Below are positions 34,365 through 40,496 of a stretch of 40,496 nt of DNA, in pieces (position 1 is the first letter of the stretch; every line of letters starts with the position of its first letter). Under the pieces are notes generated by a model. It had not been told where the DNA came from. It saw nothing but the letters and a program-made list of their open reading frames with translations, and did not search any database. Both the position numbers and the translations under genes were made by a program. The stretch is from a virus (Duplodnaviria; Caudoviricetes), in the IMG/VR virus record IMGVR_UViG_3300017700_000576, positions 1 through 40,496 of that record; one strand, written 5' to 3'.

Positions 34365-34952
34365 ATGGCTATCGACTTCAACGACGCAGAACGTCAATCC
34401 ACTGGCGGCGGCGGCGATCCCATCCCGGACGGCGTTGTCGCTCCGGTCATCATCAACCTGCGCGGCGTGAAGGATTCCAAGACCGGGGCCAAAGGCCTCG
34501 ATCTGGAATTCGTCGTCACCGAGGGCGAGTTCGCCCGCAAGAAGGCCTTCAAGTGGGCCGGCATTGCCGGCAACGGCTCGGAAGGTCATGACAAGATGGT
34601 CGCCATCACCAAGTCCTTCATTCGCGCCGTGCTCGAAAGCGCCAGCGGCACGAATCCGGACGACATGTCGCCGGAAGCCCGTCAGGCGCGCTCGATCGAT
34701 GACTGGGAAGACCTCCACGGTGTGGAGTTCCTGGCACGGTTCGGGATCGAAAAAGGCGAAGACTTCACCGACAAGCGCACCGGTGAAGTCGTGAAGGGCA
34801 AGGACAAGAACACCGTCTTTGCCGTCACCTCTGATGATCGCGATTACGCCGGCTTCAAGCCCAAGCGGAAAGCGGGGCGCCAACCTGCCATGGCCGGCGG
34901 CGCGGCGAACGGAAGCTATGGATCCAAGCCCAACTGGGGCGCCCGGACCTAG
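34365..34952 (+). CDS. Single-stranded DNA-binding protein, putative (DUF669-like)
   Basis: Follows the Sak4-like gene; DPIPDG, LDLEFVVTEGEFARKK, flexible tail ending KPNW. Confidence 0.7.
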   Translation: MAIDFNDAERQSTGGGGDPIPDGVVAPVIINLRGVKDSKTGAKGLDLEFVVTEGEFARKKAFKWAGIAGNGSEGHDKMVAITKSFIRAVLESASGTNPDDMSPEARQARSIDDWEDLHGVEFLARFGIEKGEDFTDKRTGEVVKGKDKNTVFAVTSDDRDYAGFKPKRKAGRQPAMAGGAANGSYGSKPNWGART

Positions 34953-34958
34953 CTCATG

Positions 34959-34987
34959 CCCGGCGTCCTTCGGGGCGCCGGGTTTTT
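34959..34987 (+). terminator. Rho-independent terminator
   Basis: CCCGGCGTCC-TTCG-GGGCGCCGGG-TTTTT; closely resembles the terminator after the capsid gene. Confidence 0.88.
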
Positions 34988-35005
34988 CGTTTTCAGGGGT
35001 TAACC

Positions 35006-35398
35006 ATGTCAACCGATCCGGACGACAAGGCCACGGCTGACGCAGCCGGGGTGCTTGAACGCATTCTGAAAGAGGCTGGCGTTCAGGCGTCGGCAAAGGT
35101 TCTGAAGTGGGCCGCGTACAGCACGATCTGCAAATGGATCGAGCGGCGCGGCTTTCACTGGGCGACGCAGCGCGGCAAGGCGGGGTTCGGCGAACCCGAC
35201 GTCATGGTCGTTGGCTTTGCTGAAGCCTCGCTTGGCCAGATCGCCGACAAGGGCGCCGGCCTCCCGTTTGAAATACCGATCGGCGAGTGGACGCATGCGG
35301 ATGCCGCGCGCCTGTTCGCGATCGCGCACGAGGCCATCCAGGCCACCATCATCAACACGCTCGAAGATCCGAACGAGCAGAAGGGGTTCTCCCTGTAA
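35006..35398 (+). CDS. Hypothetical replication-module protein, 130 aa
   Basis: TAATG coupling to the nuclease gene. Confidence 0.7.
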   Translation: MSTDPDDKATADAAGVLERILKEAGVQASAKVLKWAAYSTICKWIERRGFHWATQRGKAGFGEPDVMVVGFAEASLGQIADKGAGLPFEIPIGEWTHADAARLFAIAHEAIQATIINTLEDPNEQKGFSL

Positions 35399-36138
35399 TG
35401 ACGCGCGCTGCAATCGACTTCAACTCTCCCGAATATCTCGACGCCGTCAAAGTGATGGCGCTTCACAGGGCGCTGGACGCTGTGCCGCCGCCGCAGGAAA
35501 AGCGGCGCGAATACGTAGGCGCTTCCGCCATCGGCGGACCGTGCGAGCGGTCTGTTCAATACGAGTTTCTGGGTGTGCCGCGCGATGAGGGTTGGCGTCA
35601 CGACGCCAAGACCCTGCGCATCTTCCAGCGCGGCCACATGATGGAAAGCGCCGCGGCTCAATGGCTGTGCGATGCAGGCTTCCGCCTGATCCAGTCGAAG
35701 CGAGACGGCGGCCCGATCGGGTTTTCCGTCGCTGACGGTCAGTTCAAGGGGCACGTCGATCGCGTCATCATCTCCGGGCCGATCAATCTGCAATATCCGC
35801 TGATCTGGGAGCACAAGGCGCTCGGATCCAAGTCGTGGACGGCGATCCGGAATCGTGGGCTGGCGGCGGCGAAGCCGGAGTATGCGGCGCAGGTCTATCT
35901 GTATCAGGCCTACTGCGAGCTGACCGCGCCAGCGCTGTTCCAGGCGACCAACACCGACACGATGGAAATCCATTTCGAGCTGGTCGAATTCGACAAGGCG
36001 AAGGCGCAGGCCGCATCCGACCGGGCCGCTGCCGTCATCGCCGACAGCAAGGCCGGCGCGATGCGCCCGCGCCCGACCGATGATCCAGAATTCTACGTCT
36101 GCAAGAACTGCGCATTCCGTCAGAGGTGCTGGCAATGA
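35398..36138 (+). CDS. PD-(D/E)xK Cas4-like exonuclease
   Basis: YVGASAIGGPCER, FQRGH, GHVDR, WEHK, YAAQVYLY, CKNCAFRQRCW (four Cys); start ATG 35398. Confidence 0.88.
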   Translation: MTRAAIDFNSPEYLDAVKVMALHRALDAVPPPQEKRREYVGASAIGGPCERSVQYEFLGVPRDEGWRHDAKTLRIFQRGHMMESAAAQWLCDAGFRLIQSKRDGGPIGFSVADGQFKGHVDRVIISGPINLQYPLIWEHKALGSKSWTAIRNRGLAAAKPEYAAQVYLYQAYCELTAPALFQATNTDTMEIHFELVEFDKAKAQAASDRAAAVIADSKAGAMRPRPTDDPEFYVCKNCAFRQRCWQ

Positions 36139-38138
36139 TCGACTTCAATGATGCGCCCCGGCAGGCGCAGACACGCTTTGAGGACGCTGAAGCCCGGCGC
36201 GACAGGATCGCTGCCGGGCTCAAACGTAGCGCCCGCGACTTCATCCGCTTCCTGTATCCGAAGGCGGCATTCACCGGACATGACGCCCGTATTGGCGACA
36301 TTTACGGACAGGACGGCGAGTCGATGTCGATCGAGTTCGCCGGCGAGCGGGCCGGTCTCTGGACCGATCACGCAACCGGGGAGGGCGGCGACCTTCTGAC
36401 CCTGTGGGCGCTGGCGCACAATCTCGACCCCAACCGGGATTTCGCCCGCGTCCTGACCGAGTGCGAGAACTGGCTTGGTGGAGCGCCGCCTGTCTACGCC
36501 TCCCAGCGTCACGACAGCATCGCCAGTCAGCCACGCAAGGCGCAACAGCCGAAGACGCTGGAGCGCATCTATGTCTATCGCGATCGCGATGGTAAGCCGA
36601 CAGGCGTTGAGCAGCGGCGCTACACCAAGGCGGACGGGTCCAAGACTTTCGTTCCGTTCGTCAACGACAGCCCCGGCATGCTGCCATCGTCCAGGCCGCT
36701 CTATGGCATGGAGCACTGGCACAACCAGTCCACGATTGTCTTTGTGGAAGGCGAGAAATGCGCTGACGCCCTGAACGCGATCGGGATCCCGTCCGCTTCC
36801 GCGATCGGCGGAGCCAACACCACACTGGAAAAAACCGACTGGTCGCCGCTGGCCGGCAAGGAAGTGATCCTCTGGCCGGATCATGACTATCCGCGTCCAT
36901 CGGATGGCTTGCAGCCCGGTTACGATTTCATGCGGCGGGTCGGAGCCTGGCTGCGGGCGCTCGGCTGTACGGTGCGCGAACTGCGTCCGCCGCAGGACAA
37001 GCCGGACAAGTGGGACGCTTACGACGCGATCGAGGAGGGGTTTGACGTTGTCGCGTTCCTGCGACCGCCTGCCGTCCCTGAGCATGGCCTGTCCGGCTTC
37101 TGGCTGGACGAACTAGCCTATGCGTATGAACCCGAGCTGGTGGAGGGACTGATCCCCGCCAACGGCGTCGGCGTCATCTACGGGCCATCCTCCGCCGGCA
37201 AGTCGTTCATCGCCGTTGACTGGTCGATTCGGCTGGCGTCCGGCGTCCGGATCCTCGATCGTTGGACCGAAGGCGCCGGCGTCCTCTACTTTGCCGCTGA
37301 GGGACAGGCCGGCCTGCGCAAGCGTCTGGTCGCCGCCCGTGCGGAGCACGGCCTCGACGGGGTCGAACTGCCGTTCAACTACCTGCCGGCGCTTCTGGAC
37401 CTGTCCAGGGCCGAAACAGGCGATGTTGAACGTCTCTGCCAGTACGCCGAGGAAGTCTCCGCCGAGATGGCTCAGCGTGGCCGTGCGCTCAAGGTGATCG
37501 TGGTCGACACCCTGGCCGCATCAGCCCCCAGCGCTGACGAGAATGCGCAGAAGGACATGGGGCCGGTCATGCTGGCCTTCCACCGCATGGCGCTCAGGCT
37601 GGGCGCTGTCGTGCTTCTGGTCGCCCATACCGGCAAGGACGTGACGCGCGGCCTGCGGGGCTGGTCCGGGATCCGCGCAAACGCCGACTTCGCCATCGAG
37701 TGCCGCGTCGAAAAGGACGAGGAAACTGGCGAGACAACCCGCCGATCGGTCTGGTTCGAGAAGTCAAAAGACGGCCCGGACGGGTTCACGCTGACTGACT
37801 ACCACCTGCGTCAACGTATAGTAGGGCTAAAGCATTCGGGCGAGCCGGACACGACTTGCTGGGTCGAATATGGAGCCCCTGAGCCGGCCGCGCCGGCGGG
37901 CAAGAAGGCGCAGGAGGTCTACTCCGGGGCCTACCTCCAGATCATCCATATCCTGCGGGATGAGGCAAAAACCACTGGAGAGGTCGCGAACGAACTTCGC
38001 CTTGAACGCTCGAATGTCGGCAAGAAATTGCGCACATTGCAGGAAGACGGGGTTGTTTTTTCCCGTGACGATGGACCCCGCAAGATTTGGGTGCTGTGCA
38101 ATGACGTTTTGCCCACCTCAGTTGAGCAAAAACAATGA
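36135..38138 (+). CDS. Primase-helicase (Toprim + AAA_25/RepA-like helicase + C-terminal HTH)
   Basis: WTDHATGEGGD; VEGEKCADAL; LWPDHD; Walker A GPSSAGKS; VIVVDT; HTGKD..RGLRG; C-terminal TTGEVANELRLERSNVGKKL. Confidence 0.9.
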   Translation: MIDFNDAPRQAQTRFEDAEARRDRIAAGLKRSARDFIRFLYPKAAFTGHDARIGDIYGQDGESMSIEFAGERAGLWTDHATGEGGDLLTLWALAHNLDPNRDFARVLTECENWLGGAPPVYASQRHDSIASQPRKAQQPKTLERIYVYRDRDGKPTGVEQRRYTKADGSKTFVPFVNDSPGMLPSSRPLYGMEHWHNQSTIVFVEGEKCADALNAIGIPSASAIGGANTTLEKTDWSPLAGKEVILWPDHDYPRPSDGLQPGYDFMRRVGAWLRALGCTVRELRPPQDKPDKWDAYDAIEEGFDVVAFLRPPAVPEHGLSGFWLDELAYAYEPELVEGLIPANGVGVIYGPSSAGKSFIAVDWSIRLASGVRILDRWTEGAGVLYFAAEGQAGLRKRLVAARAEHGLDGVELPFNYLPALLDLSRAETGDVERLCQYAEEVSAEMAQRGRALKVIVVDTLAASAPSADENAQKDMGPVMLAFHRMALRLGAVVLLVAHTGKDVTRGLRGWSGIRANADFAIECRVEKDEETGETTRRSVWFEKSKDGPDGFTLTDYHLRQRIVGLKHSGEPDTTCWVEYGAPEPAAPAGKKAQEVYSGAYLQIIHILRDEAKTTGEVANELRLERSNVGKKLRTLQEDGVVFSRDDGPRKIWVLCNDVLPTSVEQKQ

Positions 38139-38259
38139 CTTATATGAACGTGGGCAAACGTGGGCAAACGTGGGCAACGGCATTCGCGGCGTGTGGCGGG
38201 GTGTGGGCAATACGGCCTCTCCGTAAGGAGGGCCGTTGCCCACCCCACGCCTGCCCACA
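38109..38259. repeat. Iteron cluster, putative replication origin
   Basis: 3 x AACGTGGGCA (38147-38176); GTGGGCAA at 38203; inverted TTGCCCAC at 38109 and 38236 and CTGCCCAC at 38251; long hairpin centred on 38223-38226. Confidence 0.7.
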
Positions 38260-38388
38260 CCCTGCCCGGGGAAAAATATTTCCAGCCCTTGCGGAGCGGG
38301 CCGAACCGAATCAATCTGAATTTGAACGCCAAGGTACCGACATCAGATCGGCCGGCGTCCGGAGCACGGGCACTAACCCAAATGGGGA

Positions 38389-38679
38389 GTGCTCGAAGTG
38401 ACTGAACCAAATACCGCCGCTCATGCGGCTTCTGACAGTTTAGCTATACCAGCAGGTAAACTGCTCGCCGAATTCCGCGCCGCGTCCATGGACGTGCAGA
38501 TCGCGTTCATCAATTCGCGTAGCCATCCATCGCCAGAGACCGAACACGCGCTGACCCTGGCGCGTCGCCGGCTTGCCGCCGCTGACGCGCAGCTTGCTCC
38601 CCATCGCGATCCCGCGACCCTCGGCGTCGCCGTCGAGCGGATCCGCGATCGCCTCGCGCCGATCGGGAGGCAGGCATGA
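38389..38679 (+). CDS. Hypothetical protein, 96 aa
   Basis: ATGA overlap with gcrA; start uncertain. Confidence 0.55.
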   Translation: MLEVTEPNTAAHAASDSLAIPAGKLLAEFRAASMDVQIAFINSRSHPSPETEHALTLARRRLAAADAQLAPHRDPATLGVAVERIRDRLAPIGRQA

Positions 38680-39182
38680 CCTGGACCCCCGAACGCGTCG
38701 AGACGCTGAAGTCGCTCTGGGCTGAGGGGCTGACAGCATCCCAAGTCGCCAAGGCGCTCACGGGCACGACCCGCAATGCCGTGCTCGGTCAAGTTTTCAA
38801 GCACGGCCTTCAGCGTGGAGGCAAGCGCACGGGAGGACGGCCCAAGGGGAAGACAACCTCTCACGTCGTGGGAGCCGCGCCCCGCTTTTGTCCGGCAGAT
38901 CGCGCGGCGCTGCGTGTGGTGGAACTGCCTGTCGTTTCGTGCGCGCCGCCATCCCTGTCGATCTCGCTGCTCGCGCTCGACACCGGCATGTGCCGCTGGC
39001 CGTCAGGCGAGGGCGCTGGGGCCACTTTCTGCGGACACCCGGTCATGGCCGGCAAGCCCTACTGCGGCGGGCACTGCGCCGCTGCCTACGCGCCCGCCAA
39101 GCGGCCCGTCTACGTGCCCGGACACGGCCGCGTGCGGAAAGCCGGCGTCAACTGGCCCGTCAGCCTGGAGATCGCCGCATGA
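38676..39182 (+). CDS. gcrA: GcrA cell-cycle regulator homolog
   Basis: MTWTPERVETLKSLWAEGLTASQVA..TRNAVLG; LLAL..MCRWP.GE..FCG..PYC..HC..AY. Confidence 0.93.
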   Translation: MTWTPERVETLKSLWAEGLTASQVAKALTGTTRNAVLGQVFKHGLQRGGKRTGGRPKGKTTSHVVGAAPRFCPADRAALRVVELPVVSCAPPSLSISLLALDTGMCRWPSGEGAGATFCGHPVMAGKPYCGGHCAAAYAPAKRPVYVPGHGRVRKAGVNWPVSLEIAA

Positions 39183-39529
39183 GCAAGCCTCTCCCCGACA
39201 TGGTCCGCCGTATCCTGGCTGAGCCCGACGCCCAAGGCCGCGAACTGGCGAAGCGCCTTGGCTGCTCCGAAGTCTACGTTTCCCGCGTCCGCACCGCTGG
39301 CGGGGCTGTCCGCGTCTCGGAAACTTCTCCGTGCCGCCTCACCAAGCGCCACGCCGCCAAGACGCCGATCCGTCCCGGCGTCTGCCAGCGGATCACCATG
39401 GCGACCTACCCCGACACATGCGGGGCGCCCACGGCCTCGACCTACTGCCCGGAGTGCGAGCGCAAGCGCCTTCATGGCCCCTACGGCTCCCGCTTCGCCG
39501 GCGCCCGCACCATCCGACACACCGCGTAA
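39179..39529 (+). CDS. HTH plus Zn-finger protein, 116 aa
   Basis: Start ATG 39179 (ATGA overlap); RELAKRLGCSEVYVSRVR; CQRI...TCG...YCPEC. Confidence 0.7.
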   Translation: MSKPLPDMVRRILAEPDAQGRELAKRLGCSEVYVSRVRTAGGAVRVSETSPCRLTKRHAAKTPIRPGVCQRITMATYPDTCGAPTASTYCPECERKRLHGPYGSRFAGARTIRHTA

Positions 39530-39571
39530 CCGAGCGTACCCACACATTTGCCCAAGGGGCTGGAGAGACAG

Positions 39572-40496
39572 ATGGAATTGATCGATATTGCAGAGGCGCT
39601 GGCGAAAGCCGAGCGGGCTGTCCTGAACGAAAAAGAGCAACTGGAGTACGCTGAACAGGAGCAGTCGGACGCAAACGCCACGGTCTGGAACCGCAGTCAG
39701 CGGCTCAAAGCGGCTGAGACGAAACGCGACGAAATCGTTGCCGAGATGCGGCGGCTGCTGTCGCCCGCAGCTCTGGAGCCCGCCCCCCAGACGGATCCCG
39801 AAGGCGACGCCGTCCAGATCCCCGAAGGTGGGTGGACACTGTGGCGTGGTGGTGAGTGCCCGGTTCCCCTCGGGACGCCGGTTACCGTGGCCCATGCGGA
39901 TGGAGGGGTGTACAACGCAACGGCGGGAGAGGGCTGCGCGACAAGGTGGGAGCAGACTGGCCGCGAATCCGACATCATCGCCTACCGCATCGGCCAGCCC
40001 GCACAGGAAGCCCCCACAGCCGCTTCCGACGCCTCCCAGCCGGATCAGCCCGCCCAGACCGAAGAAACGCACACAGACTCCGTGCAGGGGGCGGGATACG
40101 ACGAAGAGTCCTTTGGGGTGACCTTCGTTGATTCGGCGCTTCAACCTTTCGAGGCTGACTTCCGCGCTGGCGTCTCCTCCTTCCAAGCTGGCGAACCAGA
40201 TGTCGGGGGCGTAGGCTCGTCGTCCGATGCGGCCATTACGTTTCAGATGGGCTATGAGGCGGCGCGGGCCACTAACGCTCCCGGCGACGCCCTGTCCGAC
40301 CTTCCCCATTCCACCGGCCCTGATAGCGACGGCGCGATCTTCCACGCCATGTCCCATCCGCTGGAGGCCGCTCCTGGGCTATGCGCTGGGCCACAGCGCC
40401 GATCCCAACGCCTGCGCGCCGTGGCTCATCGCCCTTGCTGTTGCCAGCCTGAGGAGGGGGTAGCCATGAACCAGCAAGCCGCAATCCTCATCGCGC
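39572..40496 (+). CDS. Hypothetical protein, open to the window end (not in ORF track)
   Basis: GGAG RBS; MELIDIAEALAKAE coiled coil, then WTLWRGGECPV...SDIIAYR phage domain; no stop before the window end; in-frame RBS+ATG at 40466. Confidence 0.75.
   Translation, partial: MELIDIAEALAKAERAVLNEKEQLEYAEQEQSDANATVWNRSQRLKAAETKRDEIVAEMRRLLSPAALEPAPQTDPEGDAVQIPEGGWTLWRGGECPVPLGTPVTVAHADGGVYNATAGEGCATRWEQTGRESDIIAYRIGQPAQEAPTAASDASQPDQPAQTEETHTDSVQGAGYDEESFGVTFVDSALQPFEADFRAGVSSFQAGEPDVGGVGSSSDAAITFQMGYEAARATNAPGDALSDLPHSTGPDSDGAIFHAMSHPLEAAPGLCAGPQRRSQRLRAVAHRPCCCQPEEGVAMNQQAAILIA

Larger units (their letters stand above)
1..40496. mobile_element. Tailed phage/prophage genome segment, probable podovirus of Alphaproteobacteria
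   Basis: Contiguous capsid, tail hub, ejection, lysis and replication modules; translationally coupled genes; GcrA homolog; no host housekeeping genes; no tape measure gene. Confidence 0.95.

Noticed and set aside
35398-36138. Cas4-like nuclease as evidence of CRISPR-Cas
   Set aside because: Standard phage replication-module nuclease; no other cas genes and no repeat-spacer array seen
38147-38176. Tandem repeats as a CRISPR array
   Set aside because: 10-bp units without spacers
38135-38405. ORFs 38135..38401 and 38160..38405
   Set aside because: They translate the iteron/hairpin region; better explained as a non-coding origin, although the ATGA overlap at 38135 means a small gene is not excluded
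39110-40357. 415-aa - strand ORF
   Set aside because: Antisense to + strand genes that have RBSs and recognisable motifs
1-40496. tRNA genes, DGR reverse transcriptase, integrase, terminase, portal
   Set aside because: None recognised by eye; tRNAscan-SE and HMM searches would be needed to confirm absence; packaging genes probably lie outside the window

Overview
The whole window is a GC-rich, gene-dense segment of a tailed phage or prophage. It is probably a podovirus (P22-like hub and ejection proteins, no tape measure or sheath) infecting an alphaproteobacterium, as it encodes a GcrA homolog. Layout: (i) + strand head module (cement protein, major capsid protein, conserved virion proteins), then two beta-helix spike/fibre genes and a head-tail adaptor, 1-9530; (ii) three ejection-type proteins, 9560-15246; (iii) an inverted membrane-protein moron with its own promoter, terminator and a candidate antisense RNA, 15247-16310; (iv) gp10-like tail hub, tail proteins and lysis cassette (GH24 endolysin with membrane tail, overlapping spanins), 16368-23484; (v) a - strand array of about 22 small accessory genes (including SPFH and DUF551 proteins) with small + strand membrane peptides interleaved, 23481-31489; (vi) a divergent promoter region, Cro-like HTH, RusA, Sak4-like ATPase, SSB-like protein, Cas4-like nuclease, primase-helicase, iteron origin and GcrA, 31490-40496. 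I saw no terminase, portal, integrase or CI repressor, and both ends of the window cut through genes. Product calls come from motif recognition by eye, not database searches.
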